Source of the DNA: an uncultured Phycisphaeraceae bacterium
Lineage (GTDB): Bacteria > Planctomycetota > Phycisphaerae > Phycisphaerales > Phycisphaeraceae
DNA: 64,000 bases
Assembly: GCA_964502445.1 (NCBI GenBank)
Contig: CAZCWM010000004.1
Coordinates: 127,977 to 191,976, forward strand
Reading direction: 5' to 3'
Numbering within the stretch: position 1 is the first letter of the stretch; each line of letters begins with the position of its first letter. Shown here piece by piece: positions 44,530 through 54,472 of this stretch. The notes beneath the pieces are model-generated. The model was not told where the DNA came from. It worked only from the letters and a program-made list of their open reading frames with translations, and made no database searches. The translations under genes were made by a program, and so were the position numbers.

Positions 44530-45048
44530 TCAGCTTCGCCGTCGGTCCTGGTCGGGCTGGCGGTAGAGATCGAGGTAGAACTCGAGCAGTTCCTTCTGAT
44601 CGGTCTGGCGGCTGCGGCTGTGCTGGAAGCCGAAACGTTCGAACATGTCGACGGCCGCGTTCTTCTCGAAGCGGGTGTCGAGGACGACCTTCAGATAGCC
44701 GTGCTCGCGGCAATGGGAGACGGCCGTCTGGATGAGGCGGGTGGCGATCGGCGTCTGCTGCCACTGCGGATCGACGCGCAGGCGGCGGATTTCGGCCACA
44801 TGCTCGCGATCGCGGGCCACGCCGATCATGCCGACGATTCGCCCGTCGTGCTCCGCGACCCAGAAGTGGCTGGCGCTGTCGCCGAGGTAGGCGTCGAAGA
44901 TATTGTCGATGTCCAAGCCGGTGTCGTTGGGCGGGATCTGCCCGGCCAGCAGGCCATCGCGATAAAGGCGTGCGACATGCGGCTGGTCTTCCCCGCGAAA
45001 GGTCCGCACGGTCAGCTTCTCAAGCTGGAGCGCTTGCTGGTCGGTCAT
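44530..45048 (-). CDS. GNAT family N-acetyltransferase
   Basis: FWVAEHDGRIVGMIGVAR...EIRRLRVDPQWQQTPIATRLIQTAVSHCREHGYLKVVLDT...NAAVDMFERFGF is the GNAT motif A/B pattern. The start is ATG 45048. Confidence 0.75.
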   Translation of the reverse strand: MTDQQALQLEKLTVRTFRGEDQPHVARLYRDGLLAGQIPPNDTGLDIDNIFDAYLGDSASHFWVAEHDGRIVGMIGVARDREHVAEIRRLRVDPQWQQTPIATRLIQTAVSHCREHGYLKVVLDTRFEKNAAVDMFERFGFQHSRSRQTDQKELLEFYLDLYRQPDQDRRRS

Positions 45049-45089
45049 GGGTTGGCAGTCGGTTCGGTGTCGAGCAAGGCCACTATACA

Positions 45090-45662
45090 TCATCGCTTCG
45101 GGGGTCGCGACGGCGTCGCGGCGGGTTCGACGGGAAGGATCTGAAGATGGTCGCGTTGCGGGTCCAGAAGAGCGACCGAAGGGCAGGTGGTGCGGAACAG
45201 AGCTCCAGGGTTGATGACGCGGGTCGGGCCTCGGCGGTAGTCGGCGGCCTGGTGCGTGTGGCCGTGACACAGGTAGCGTGGGCCGGCGCCCAGGGCGCGG
45301 CTCAAGGCACGGCTGTCGTCGCCATGGGTGAAGACCAGCGGGCCCGCGGGCAGGGGCAGGGAGCCGACGGGGTCGTCGACATGGATATCCAGAAAGCGGG
45401 CATAGCGTGCCAGCTCCAGGCGGTTCGCGTCGGTGTTGCCGAAGACCAGGCGAGCTTCGACGGGGGTGTGGCCATCGTCACCTGGGCAGAGCAGGGCGTC
45501 GAGAACCAGCGCTGAACCGATGTCGCCCAGGTGGATCAGCAGCCGAGCCCCGCGGTGGACGAGCAGGTCGACGGCCCGGCGGGTGATGCCGGCCTGACCG
45601 TGTGAATCCGACAGCAAGCCGATGAGTGCCACAGGTTGGGGGCGGTGCAAAGTCCGGGCCAT
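45090..45662 (-). CDS. Metallophosphoesterase (YfcE/MJ0936-like phosphodiesterase)
   Basis: IGLLSDSHG, LIHLGDIG, FGNTD, THGD and CHGHTH are metallophosphoesterase motifs in the canonical order. Confidence 0.8.
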   Translation of the reverse strand: MARTLHRPQPVALIGLLSDSHGQAGITRRAVDLLVHRGARLLIHLGDIGSALVLDALLCPGDDGHTPVEARLVFGNTDANRLELARYARFLDIHVDDPVGSLPLPAGPLVFTHGDDSRALSRALGAGPRYLCHGHTHQAADYRRGPTRVINPGALFRTTCPSVALLDPQRDHLQILPVEPAATPSRPPKR

Positions 45663-45826
45663 AGCGATACTGGGGCGTATGGTTTACGTGCCAATGGTAG
45701 ACATGTCGTGGTGGACGCGGTCGCGGGTCGCGCCATGGGGCCGAGGACGCCGAATCGGGTCGATTGTCTGGCGGCGGACGAGGCCGCTATGCTTGGTTTC
45801 CGGGCTTGTGCGCGAAAGGTAAGCAG

Positions 45827-46648
45827 ATGGCCGTCAATGTGTTGGCCCAGATCGTCGCCGATAAGAAGCAGGAGGTGGCCGCGGCCCGGCGGATTCGGTC
45901 CCAGGAAGACCTGAAGGCGATGGCCCAGGATCAGCCTGGGCCGCGCAATTTCTTCAAGGCGGTGACGTCGCCCAAGGGAGGGTTACGGGTGATCGCCGAG
46001 GTCAAGAAGGCCAGTCCGTCGGCCGGGGTGATCCGCCCGGACTTCGACCCGGTGGCCATCGCCCGGGCCTACGCGGACAACGGAGCGGCTGCTATCAGTT
46101 GCCTGACCGACGCCAAGTATTTTCAGGGGTCGCTGGCGTACCTGACGCGAATTCGCGCGGCAGTGGCGCTGCCCGTGCTGCGTAAGGATTTTCTGATCAG
46201 CGAATACCAGATCTACGAAGCCCGGGCGGCCGGGGCGGACGCGGTGCTGCTGATCGCCGAGTGCCTGGATGGCGAGGCCCACCTGCTGGACCTTCTGATC
46301 CTCGCCACCGAGTTGAAGATGACCACACTGGTCGAGGTGCATAGCGTGGAGAACCTGCTCAAGGTGCGGCCGCACCTTGGCTTTCCGCATCCGCAATACA
46401 CACTGCTGGGCATCAACAACCGCGACCTGGCGACAATGACCACCGACTTGAACCACACGATGCGTATGCTGGAGATGGTGGAGGACACGAGCATCGTCGT
46501 CAGCGAATCGGGCATCCGTACGCCTGCGGATGTGCAGCGTCTGGCGGCGGCGGGGGTGCATCGCATACTGGTGGGTGAGCATCTCATGCGCCAGCCGGAT
46601 CCGGGCGCGGCGCTGCGGGAGTTGATGGGTAACAACGGCCGAGCGTAA
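45827..46648 (+). CDS. trpC: Indole-3-glycerol phosphate synthase
   Basis: VIAEVKKASPSAGVIR, ISCLTDAKYFQGS, LPVLRKDFLISEYQIYEARAAGADAVLLI, VEVH, LGINNRDL, SESGI. Confidence 0.9.
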   Translation: MAVNVLAQIVADKKQEVAAARRIRSQEDLKAMAQDQPGPRNFFKAVTSPKGGLRVIAEVKKASPSAGVIRPDFDPVAIARAYADNGAAAISCLTDAKYFQGSLAYLTRIRAAVALPVLRKDFLISEYQIYEARAAGADAVLLIAECLDGEAHLLDLLILATELKMTTLVEVHSVENLLKVRPHLGFPHPQYTLLGINNRDLATMTTDLNHTMRMLEMVEDTSIVVSESGIRTPADVQRLAAAGVHRILVGEHLMRQPDPGAALRELMGNNGRA

Positions 46649-46668
46649 GACGCGGCGTGAGGGGAACG

Positions 46669-48072
46669 TCAGTCTGCGGCGATAAGCGCCTCAGCCAAAT
46701 CGGCGCTGCATGATGCGGGCGTGACGCTGGCGCCGCGCAGGCGCTGCGGATCACGCAGCAGCTTGACCCGGCCCCCGACGATCGCACCGACGGCGCGGGC
46801 GGTGACATTCCAGCCATGGAAGGGACAGTTGCGGCCCTTGCTGGCGAAGTCGTCGGCGTCGATGGTCCAATGGGCCTTGGGGTCGATGAGCGTGACGTCG
46901 GCGTCGGCGCCCTGGGCGAGGGTGCCCTTGCGGCCCAGGCGGCAGAGTTTGGCCGGGTTGATGGTCATCATCGCGAGCATGGCCGGCCAGTCGAGAGTCT
47001 CCGACTCAACCAGAGCCTGCACGTAGAGGGGCAGCGCGCAGTCGAGTCCGACGATGCCGAACGGGGCGGCGGCGAATTCGAGTTCTTTTTCCTCTTGCGT
47101 ATGCGGGGCGTGATCGGTGGCGAGGATTGTGAGGGTGCCGTCGCGCACGCCGTCGAGCAGGGCGGCGACATCGGCGCGTGCCCGCAGAGGTGGGTTCATC
47201 TTATAACGGGTGTCGTAGGTCGCGCAGGCGTCCTCGGTGAGCAGCAGGTGATGGGGGCTGACCTCGGCGGTGATGTGCGCCTGGCCGAACAGATCGTGTC
47301 GCGCGCGACGTACCAGTTCGACACTGCCGCCGCTGGACAGGTGCTGCGCGTGGTAGCGGGCGCCGATGTTCTGCCGCAGGTTGAGCAGGATGTCGCGTTG
47401 GATCATCAACTCCTCGGCCACGCGCGGCCAGCCCGCCAGCCCCAGTCGCGTGGCCAGCGAACCGGCGTTCATGACGCCGCCGCCCAATTCCGGATCCTCG
47501 CAGTGCTGCATGAACACGCCGCCGGTCATGGCGACATAGGCCAGGGCCTTGGCCATGATGTTCGCGGAGGCGACGCCCACGCCGTCGTCAGAGAAGCCAA
47601 CCGCGCCGGCGTTGGCCATCAGACCGATTTCCGCCAGCTCCTTGCCCGCCCGGCCGCGTGTCACCGCCCCGACGGGAAAGACGTTGGCCATGTCCGCCTG
47701 GGCGGCTCGGTAGTAGACAAACTCGATACGCGAGTCATCGTCGATGGTCGGGTCGGTATTGGGCATGCAGCAGATGCTGGTGAACCCGCCATGAATGGCC
47801 GCGGCCGCGCCGGTGGCGATGGTCTCCTTCTCTTCCTGACCGGGCTCGCGCAGATGGACATGCGGGTCGATCAGGCCGGGGCTGACGATCAGGCCGGAGG
47901 CGTCAATTGTGGGGGTGTTGGCAGCGGCGCCGGTTTCGCCTGGCGGGGCGACGCGGGCCACACGGCCATCGATCAGCAAGACGTCGGCGGCCTGATCCAA
48001 GTCCACGGCTGGGTCGACGAGTCGACCGTTGGCGATCAGCAGGGCGTGCAAGGGCGGCTGCGACACGGCCAC
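46669..48072 (-). CDS. pyrC: Dihydroorotase (allantoinase-type, class I)
   Basis: GLIDPHVHLREPGQEEKETIATGAAAAIHGGFTSICCMPNT, VSPHHL, ILATDHAPH. Confidence 0.9.
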   Translation of the reverse strand: MAVSQPPLHALLIANGRLVDPAVDLDQAADVLLIDGRVARVAPPGETGAAANTPTIDASGLIVSPGLIDPHVHLREPGQEEKETIATGAAAAIHGGFTSICCMPNTDPTIDDDSRIEFVYYRAAQADMANVFPVGAVTRGRAGKELAEIGLMANAGAVGFSDDGVGVASANIMAKALAYVAMTGGVFMQHCEDPELGGGVMNAGSLATRLGLAGWPRVAEELMIQRDILLNLRQNIGARYHAQHLSSGGSVELVRRARHDLFGQAHITAEVSPHHLLLTEDACATYDTRYKMNPPLRARADVAALLDGVRDGTLTILATDHAPHTQEEKELEFAAAPFGIVGLDCALPLYVQALVESETLDWPAMLAMMTINPAKLCRLGRKGTLAQGADADVTLIDPKAHWTIDADDFASKGRNCPFHGWNVTARAVGAIVGGRVKLLRDPQRLRGASVTPASCSADLAEALIAAD

Positions 48073-48166
48073 AGCTTAACAGGGGGCATCAAACAGGCAA
48101 CAGGCGGTGACCACGGCTGAGTGGACGCGGCGGTGTGTCGCGTCGTGCGTGACGGCTCGCGGCGGG

Positions 48167-48412
48167 TCAGCGATCATTGCGCATGCGCTCGGAAAGCTGG
48201 CGGAAGTAGGCGTTGCGCATCTGCAGCGATTCGCGGACGCGGTCGTGCAGGTCGATGTGCTTCTTGCGCTCGTAGGTGAGGACGGTGAGTACGGCCGTGA
48301 CCAGCAGATAGCCCAGCAGCAGAAGCACGGGCCAGACGGATTGGATGGCTTGCCAGTTCACGCGAAGAAAGACCTGCCGGTTGAGGAGGGTCGCCGGTGG
48401 GGTTATCGGCAT
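48167..48412 (-). CDS. Possible small single-pass membrane protein (81 aa)
   Basis: ATG 48412. One TM (VWPVLLLLGYLLVTAVLTVLTY) and a basic C-terminal tail, located upstream of pyrC on the same strand. No homology is recognised, so this may not be a gene. Confidence 0.3.
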   Translation of the reverse strand: MPITPPATLLNRQVFLRVNWQAIQSVWPVLLLLGYLLVTAVLTVLTYERKKHIDLHDRVRESLQMRNAYFRQLSERMRNDR

Positions 48413-48546
48413 TGGGGGGCTTTGAGCTTCAGCCGGCCCTCTGCGACGGCGGTCGAGGGCATGGTTTTGTGCTGGTTGGCGAAGATGGGCGATGGCTGTC
48501 GCGGCGGGGTGGATCGACACGGCCGGTCGGTAGACTATGGAGCGTG

Positions 48547-51036
48547 ATGCGCTTGGGCTGTGAAGTTCGGGGATGCGTCGGTCGCCGGGTGAGGGTGGGT
48601 GTGCTGCTGTGCGCGGCGGCCTGGTGCGGGCTGTGGTGCTCTGCGGCGGCGCAGCCCGTGGCGACCGGCGAAAGCGAGCCGGTGGTGTCCATTGCCGTTG
48701 GTCCCGAAGGTGTCGGGTTAGGTGGTCAGTATCGGCCGGGCGATTGGACGGCTTTATCGGTTGACCTTGCGAATCACGCAGGCCGGCCACTCGGCGTGAT
48801 CTGCGAATGGGTGTTGCAGGATGCCGATGGCGATCCGCTGCACATGCGGCGGGCGGCGACGCTGGATCCATCGCGACCGGGTCGCATGTGGCTGTATGCG
48901 CCTGTGCCGCTGACCAGCGGCCTGCGGCCGCGCTGGCGGGTGAACGTTCTGGGCACGATGGACGAGGAGGCGAACGCCCTGCTGGCCACGCGCCTTCTGG
49001 AGCCGCGTCCCGAGTCGTACCTTTCGCCGCGCGCGGGTCTGGTGGTGCTGACCGGTTCGAGCCGGCTGGGTCTGGAGGCGTATGCGACAGCGCATACGCA
49101 GCAGGAGCCGGTGAATCTGGTCAATGACGTCGATCCTGCCGACCTGCCCGATCGCTGGTACGGATTGACGTCGGCCCAGGCGCTGATCTGGACGCCCGAC
49201 AGCCGGGACTTCGACGACGCGGCGGTGGGCTATGCGACGGTCGCGGCGGTGCGGCACTGGGTGATGCGTGGCGGGCATCTGGTGGTGGTGCTGCCGGCCG
49301 CGGGCGAGCGCTGGACGCGGGGACCGCTGGCGGCCCTGTTGCCGTCGGTGACGCTGCGGCCGGTGGATGATGTGGGATGGCCGACATGGCTGGGCGGGCC
49401 CAGCCGCGTCACAACCGGCGAGGCGCGGATCGCGGCGCTGTCGCTGGAGCTGGTGGAGGCCGAGGTGGGCCGGCATCCGGCGCAGCCTCCCGCGGCGGTG
49501 TTGCTGCGCGATGTGGAGGGGCGGCCGCTGGTGGTTGGAGCCTCGGCGGGGATGGGACGGGTGACGTTGATCGGGCTGGACCTGACGCATCCGGCGCTGA
49601 GGCGGATGGGCCTGCCGCGCGGGCCAGGTTTATGGTCGGTGGTGTTCGGGTGGCGCAGTCCGGCGTGGGAGGCGCCGCGCATCGAGGCGGAACTGGCGGC
49701 GAGGCGTCTGTCGTCGCCGCAGGGACGGGCCGGCTATGAGCAGAGCCGGTTCATCGCAGTCCTGACGGCCAGGCGGTCGACGGCTGGGGGGATCATCGGG
49801 GTGTCGATTGTTGGGCTGACGGTGTATTGGCTCGTGGCCGGACCGCTCGGATTCATGGTGTTGCGGCGTCGCGGCCAGACGCATCTGGCGTGGATGGTCT
49901 TCGCGGCGGTGGTTCTGGTATTCAGCGTGACGGCCTGGGGGGCGGCACTGCTGCTGCGTCCGACGCGCGGGAGCATCGAGCATATGACCGTCATGGATGT
50001 CGACGTGACGACGGGCCTGGCGCGGGTGCGAGGCTGGGCGTCGTTGCTGGTGCCTCGGCACCGTACGGCGGCGCTGGAGCTTGGGTCGACCGGGGAAGCA
50101 AACAACGAAATGGCCGCGTCGCGTCGCATGGACCCGCGCGTCGGTCCGGATGTATTGGCGTCGGCGGCGTTTGAGGATCGGCTGGAGAGTGGCGGATTCG
50201 TTGTGCCGGTATCCTACGAGGCGGACGCGGCCGACCCGCTGCGAAGTGAAGGCGACGCCGCGCCGCTACGCGTGCCGATGCGTGCGACGACACGAACCCT
50301 GGCGTTTGACGCGATGCGCCGAACGCAGGGCATGGTGGATGTCTATGCGACAGGGCTTCCTCTGGGACAGGTGACGGTGACAAGCGAGGCGGGATCGGCT
50401 CGCGTGCAGGGCGATGTGCGGCACGGGCTGCCGGGTCCGCTGCGCAACGTGCTGATCGTCTACTGCCCTGGCGATCGAGGGATGCCGCGCGTGACGCAGC
50501 AGGCGATCTGGGAGGCGGGCCAGCCGTTGGGTCTGGATGGGTTGAACCAGCCGGGGCAATGGCTGGAACTGCTGGCTGCGCCGGAGGTGATGTCGCCGGC
50601 CGAGCGAGCCGCGGGGGCTCTGATGAAACCGTGGCGCGGCTACCTGGGGCGGCTGATGCGCAGCGCCGACGCCGACGCGCCCCAGGCCGGTGCGCCGCCG
50701 GGCGCGGTGGGCGACGAGATTTTCACGTTGACCGAGGATCAGACGGTGAGGATGATCCAGCGGCTGAGTTTCTATGCGATGCTGCCGCCGCCGCTATGGG
50801 ACCGGGTGCAGATGTTCGGTAGCGCCGAAAGCTGGCACGCCGAGCGGGCGTTGGGCCGGGGCCTGGACCTGACCGATCACCTGGCGCAGAGGCGGCTGAT
50901 CGTGATCGGCCACCTGCCCGACAGCTCGCCGCCGCTGTCGTGGCGTGTGGACGGCCGCGAAGTGCCGGGGCACGGGTGGACCGTTGTACGCTGGATGACG
51001 CCGGTACGCGGCGCCAGGGATGGCGGAAGCAACTGA
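48547..51036 (+). CDS. Large hypothetical membrane protein (signal peptide, extracytoplasmic domain, two central TM helices, C-terminal domain)
   Basis: ATG 48547. Signal-like VGVLLCAAAWCGLWCSAAAQP. TM helices IIGVSIVGLTVYWLVAGPLGFMVL and LAWMVFAAVVLVFSVTAWGAALLL. It ends 27 nt upstream of an ABC ATPase gene. No domain is recognised. Confidence 0.5.
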   Translation: MRLGCEVRGCVGRRVRVGVLLCAAAWCGLWCSAAAQPVATGESEPVVSIAVGPEGVGLGGQYRPGDWTALSVDLANHAGRPLGVICEWVLQDADGDPLHMRRAATLDPSRPGRMWLYAPVPLTSGLRPRWRVNVLGTMDEEANALLATRLLEPRPESYLSPRAGLVVLTGSSRLGLEAYATAHTQQEPVNLVNDVDPADLPDRWYGLTSAQALIWTPDSRDFDDAAVGYATVAAVRHWVMRGGHLVVVLPAAGERWTRGPLAALLPSVTLRPVDDVGWPTWLGGPSRVTTGEARIAALSLELVEAEVGRHPAQPPAAVLLRDVEGRPLVVGASAGMGRVTLIGLDLTHPALRRMGLPRGPGLWSVVFGWRSPAWEAPRIEAELAARRLSSPQGRAGYEQSRFIAVLTARRSTAGGIIGVSIVGLTVYWLVAGPLGFMVLRRRGQTHLAWMVFAAVVLVFSVTAWGAALLLRPTRGSIEHMTVMDVDVTTGLARVRGWASLLVPRHRTAALELGSTGEANNEMAASRRMDPRVGPDVLASAAFEDRLESGGFVVPVSYEADAADPLRSEGDAAPLRVPMRATTRTLAFDAMRRTQGMVDVYATGLPLGQVTVTSEAGSARVQGDVRHGLPGPLRNVLIVYCPGDRGMPRVTQQAIWEAGQPLGLDGLNQPGQWLELLAAPEVMSPAERAAGALMKPWRGYLGRLMRSADADAPQAGAPPGAVGDEIFTLTEDQTVRMIQRLSFYAMLPPPLWDRVQMFGSAESWHAERALGRGLDLTDHLAQRRLIVIGHLPDSSPPLSWRVDGREVPGHGWTVVRWMTPVRGARDGGSN

Positions 51037-51063
51037 CCGGGCATGTCGCCGCGGACGTGATTC

Positions 51064-51999
51064 ATGACCATGATCGAAACGGTCAACCTGACGCGAAAAT
51101 TCGGCGAGCTGACGGCCCTGTCGAATCTGAACCTGTCGATCGCGGCTGGCGAATGCTATGGGTTCATCGGGCCCAACGGGGCGGGCAAGACGACGACGAT
51201 CAAGATTCTTGCGACGCTGCTGCGTCCGACCTGGGGCGAAGCGCGGATTGACGGCCTATCGGTCGGTCCGGTCAATGCCCGGCAGGTGCGCAGCATTATC
51301 GGTTACGTGCCGGACACCTTCGGATCCTACGACCCGATGGCGGTGCGGGAATATCTGGAATTTTTCGCGGCCGCTTACGACATTCACGGGTCCAGGCGTC
51401 GGCAGGTGGTGGACGACGTGCTGGATCTGACCGACCTGGGCGGGCGTGCCGACGCGGAGGTGAACGGTCTGTCGCGCGGGATGAAGCAGCGACTGAGTCT
51501 GGCGCGGGTGCTGCTGCACGATCCGAAGGTGTTGCTGCTCGATGAGCCGGCCAGCGGTCTGGACCCGCGAGCGCGCATCGAAATCCGCGAACTGCTCAAA
51601 GAACTGCACCGCATGGGCAAGACAATCCTGATCAGCAGCCACATTCTCGTGGAGCTGGCGGACCTGTGTTCGAGCGTGGGGATCATCGAGCGTGGTGAGC
51701 TGAAGTTCAGCGGGACGGTGCGCGAGATTCTGGCGCGGGCGAAGACGGGGCTGGTGGTGGAAGCGGTGGTGTCCGAGCGAGGCGACGAGGCGGCGGCGCT
51801 GCTGGAGCGTACGCCGGGCGTGCTGGAGGCGGCGGTGCGCGACGGACATGTACGTGTGAGTCTGGACGCGGGCAAGGCGGATGTGGCCCTGGTGGCCGAG
51901 ACGCTGGTGCGAGGCGGGTACCGGCTGCTGAGGTTGAGCGAAGAGCCGGTGAGTCTGGAGACGGCGTTCATCCGGCTCACGCAGGGGCTGGTGCAGTAG
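51064..51999 (+). CDS. ABC transporter ATP-binding protein (ABC-2/DrrA-like with a C-terminal accessory domain)
   Basis: Walker A GPNGAGKTTT, Q-loop, signature LSRGMKQRL, Walker B LLLDEPASGLD, H-loop SSHIL. Confidence 0.9.
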   Translation: MTMIETVNLTRKFGELTALSNLNLSIAAGECYGFIGPNGAGKTTTIKILATLLRPTWGEARIDGLSVGPVNARQVRSIIGYVPDTFGSYDPMAVREYLEFFAAAYDIHGSRRRQVVDDVLDLTDLGGRADAEVNGLSRGMKQRLSLARVLLHDPKVLLLDEPASGLDPRARIEIRELLKELHRMGKTILISSHILVELADLCSSVGIIERGELKFSGTVREILARAKTGLVVEAVVSERGDEAAALLERTPGVLEAAVRDGHVRVSLDAGKADVALVAETLVRGGYRLLRLSEEPVSLETAFIRLTQGLVQ

Positions 52000-52005
52000 G
52001 GCGAG

Positions 52006-52893
52006 CTACGCGGTCATGTCTTCAAGGGCGGCTTCGCGCCATTCGACGCTTGCGGTGCTCTTCACCAGATAGCTCACGCGCCTGTAGCCGGCGTCGGCGA
52101 TCGCACGCAGGCAGGCGTCGAGGCCGGCGCCGACGTCCGCGACGGCGTGGCTGTCATCGCCGAGGGTGACGCGCACGCCGATCTGGCGGGCTCGCTTGAG
52201 AATTGACGGCAGGGGGTAGACCGGGCCGAACCTTTTGCGCGCGGGGGCGGCGTTGACATCGAGGGCGGCGTCGATGGCGCGCGCGGCTTCCAGTGTTTCG
52301 TCGATGAGAGGCAGAACCTCGGCGGCGAAGGCGGGCGTCTGGCCGTCATAACGACGGATCAGGTCGAGGTGGCCGACGACACGCGGGCGCAGCGTGCGGA
52401 TCATCCCGGCGACCGCGTAGAAGTAGGCCTTATGCATGGCGGTCGGCCCACCCATCCGCTCGGCGAGCGCGGCGGTGATCTGCGGCTTGTAGTCGATCCA
52501 GGTGTCGCCCAGGTTATGGACGCTGCCGACCATGTAGTCGAATCTTCTGGAATCGCGGAGGGCGGTCATGTAGGTCGCCCAGTTATCCGGCGGCATGGTC
52601 TCGGCTTCGAAGCCGACGAGGATGGGCAGGCGGTCGGCCCAGTGGGCCTGCAGCCGGCGGGCCTCGACGGCGTAGGCGTCGAACATGGCCGCCAGATCGG
52701 CGGGCGTGAGGCCGGCTTCGTCTTCGTAGAGATCGCGCGTCCGATAGCGCGGGGCGTGTTCGGTGATGCCCAGATGCGTGAATCCAAGTTCGGCTGCCTG
52801 GGCGACCATGTCGGCCAGCGGACTTCGCGCATGGCGGCAGTAGGCCTGACTGTGGCAGCCGTGAAAGCTGAAGCGGTGGCGACGAGGCGGCAT
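52006..52893 (-). CDS. Histidinol-phosphatase, PHP family (HisJ/HisK type)
   Basis: FHGCHSQAYCRHA...GFTHLGITEHAPRY..., VGSVH, VGHLD and LGDDSH are the PHP metal-binding motifs in order. Confidence 0.8.
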   Translation of the reverse strand: MPPRRHRFSFHGCHSQAYCRHARSPLADMVAQAAELGFTHLGITEHAPRYRTRDLYEDEAGLTPADLAAMFDAYAVEARRLQAHWADRLPILVGFEAETMPPDNWATYMTALRDSRRFDYMVGSVHNLGDTWIDYKPQITAALAERMGGPTAMHKAYFYAVAGMIRTLRPRVVGHLDLIRRYDGQTPAFAAEVLPLIDETLEAARAIDAALDVNAAPARKRFGPVYPLPSILKRARQIGVRVTLGDDSHAVADVGAGLDACLRAIADAGYRRVSYLVKSTASVEWREAALEDMTA

Positions 52894-52953
52894 GGGATCG
52901 GATTGTACGGGATGGGGCTGCGGGGGATCAGCCGGTGAGGCAGGCGGCTATCA

Positions 52954-52991
52954 CCACAAAACACCGAGGCCCGGTCGGGTGACCGGGCCTC
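52954..52991 (-). terminator. Terminator-like hairpin on the minus strand, 60 nt upstream of the histidinol-phosphatase start
   Basis: A perfect 11-bp stem, GAGGCCCGGTC / GACCGGGCCTC, with a 4-nt loop (52966-52991). On the minus strand it is followed by GGTGTTTTGTGG. The T-run is short and offset. Confidence 0.35.
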
Positions 52992-53242
52992 GATGCCGTT
53001 GCGTGGGTCTGTCACGGAGTCCGAAGGAGACGATAAGAAAGCGTGCGTGTGGATGTTCTCTGCGGCTCTGAGTCTCGTAGACGCCTGGCTGGGGCCGGCT
53101 CCCTTGGCCCGGGCTTCGACGCCTTTCATCGGTACTTACGGAGCGGTGCATGGGGCGGTTCGCGGTGGAAACGAAAAATCTCAGAAAATGTGGTGCAGCG
53201 GTGCGGCGGTTGCGAAAAGCCGTGTCCCCGCGGGACTTGGCG

Positions 53243-53268
53243 CAAAAAGCCCCCGTCGGACGGGGGCT
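53243..53268 (-). terminator. Rho-independent terminator of the Spy/CpxP-like gene
   Basis: Minus strand AGCCCCCGT-CCG-ACGGGGGCT followed by TTTTT, about 75 nt after the stop at 53341. Confidence 0.6.
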
Positions 53269-53340
53269 GGGAGGGGTGGAGAGTTATGGGCAGTCGATCG
53301 CAAAGCGGATTCGGCGGGCTTGCGGTGTGGCGTGGCGGGC

Positions 53341-54186
53341 CTACCAGCGGCCTCCACGGCCGTCCGGATCGCGGCGTTGCGGGTCGCGCCAGCCCCGGTC
53401 GTCACCACCACGGCCGTCCATCGGGCGACGGTCGGAAGGCCGCTGGGCATCGGGGCCGCGTCCGTCGTCGAAGCTGGCGCGAGGTCCGCGCATCATCATC
53501 ATCCCGGGCAGGGGCGCTTTGCCTGCCTGTTCGATCCGCTTGCGGACGGCGATGATGGCGTCGGCGGCCTGTGCACGCTGCTCGTCGGTAAGCACCGCGA
53601 CAACCTCGTCCAGCAGGGTCGACCACGAGGGAGCGGTCGCATGCAGCTTTTCCCATCGCTCACGCAGCGGCTGGGCGTCGGCTTCAACCTGGTCGCGAAG
53701 TTTGAACCACTCGCTGCGCAACTCGGCGATCTTCGGCATGATCGCCTCGGTCGAATCGTCGCTGCGCAGCAGCTTGTCCATCTCGACATGCAGGTCGCGC
53801 ATGTCCTGCCAGACCGGCTGCTGCCCCTGGCGACGAGCCTGGAAATCGTTGCGAAGCTGGTTGAGGGCGTCGGCGTTCTTTTCCTGCCATTGTGTCATGG
53901 CTTCACGATGATCGCTCATCTCCTGACGAATCTGCCGGCGCTGGTCACGGGTGAGGTCGGCGTCGCGCAGGGCCGCCATGAGGTTCGTGAGCGGGCCACG
54001 CTGCCCAAACTCCATTCGCCCGGGCCGGTCCTGTGGGCCGGGGCGCTGACCGGATTTGCCTCCAGCGGGACCGGGCTGGGCGAAGGTGTCAGCCGCCAGC
54101 AGGGGCGACAGACCGAGGAGAAGCATGGCCAGGACCAGTGTGAAACGGCCACGGCGGATGCGGGCGTGTGATATCAGGCGTTGCAT
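53341..54186 (-). CDS. Periplasmic Spy/CpxP-like (LTxxQ motif) protein with an Arg/Gly/Asp-rich tail
   Basis: Signal peptide (FTLVLAMLLLGLSPLLAADTFA). Helical repeats carry LTRDQRRQI and LTDEQRAQA (LTxxQ). The C-terminal low-complexity tail reads RGPDAQRPSDRRPMDGRGGDDRGWRDPQRRDPDGRGGRW. Confidence 0.6.
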   Translation of the reverse strand: MQRLISHARIRRGRFTLVLAMLLLGLSPLLAADTFAQPGPAGGKSGQRPGPQDRPGRMEFGQRGPLTNLMAALRDADLTRDQRRQIRQEMSDHREAMTQWQEKNADALNQLRNDFQARRQGQQPVWQDMRDLHVEMDKLLRSDDSTEAIMPKIAELRSEWFKLRDQVEADAQPLRERWEKLHATAPSWSTLLDEVVAVLTDEQRAQAADAIIAVRKRIEQAGKAPLPGMMMMRGPRASFDDGRGPDAQRPSDRRPMDGRGGDDRGWRDPQRRDPDGRGGRW

Positions 54187-54472
54187 GACTGATCTCCGTG
54201 GAGCCTGGGTGGTGGAGTACGACGGGAGGTCGCGAGCCGGGCGACATCGCGTCGTGGTCGCACGCGACGGCGGCCGCGTGCCTCTGTCAGGTCTAACGCT
54301 CGTGAAGTGGTTCTATTGCGGAGGCCATGAAGAATGCAGGGGCAAAGGCGTGGCGGGGCGACGAGGTGGTCAGTGGCCGGGCCGAGCTCTATGATTGCTC
54401 GTTCTGCCGCGAGCCGCGGGGCTGTGCGGCTGGACGCATTCACCCCCTGTTTTCAAGTCAGCGGAGTCGGCG

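Noticed and set aside
52951-53151. 66-aa minus-strand ORF in the spacer upstream of the histidinol phosphatase gene
   Set aside because: It has no RBS and an Arg/Pro-rich composition, and it runs through the terminator-like hairpin.
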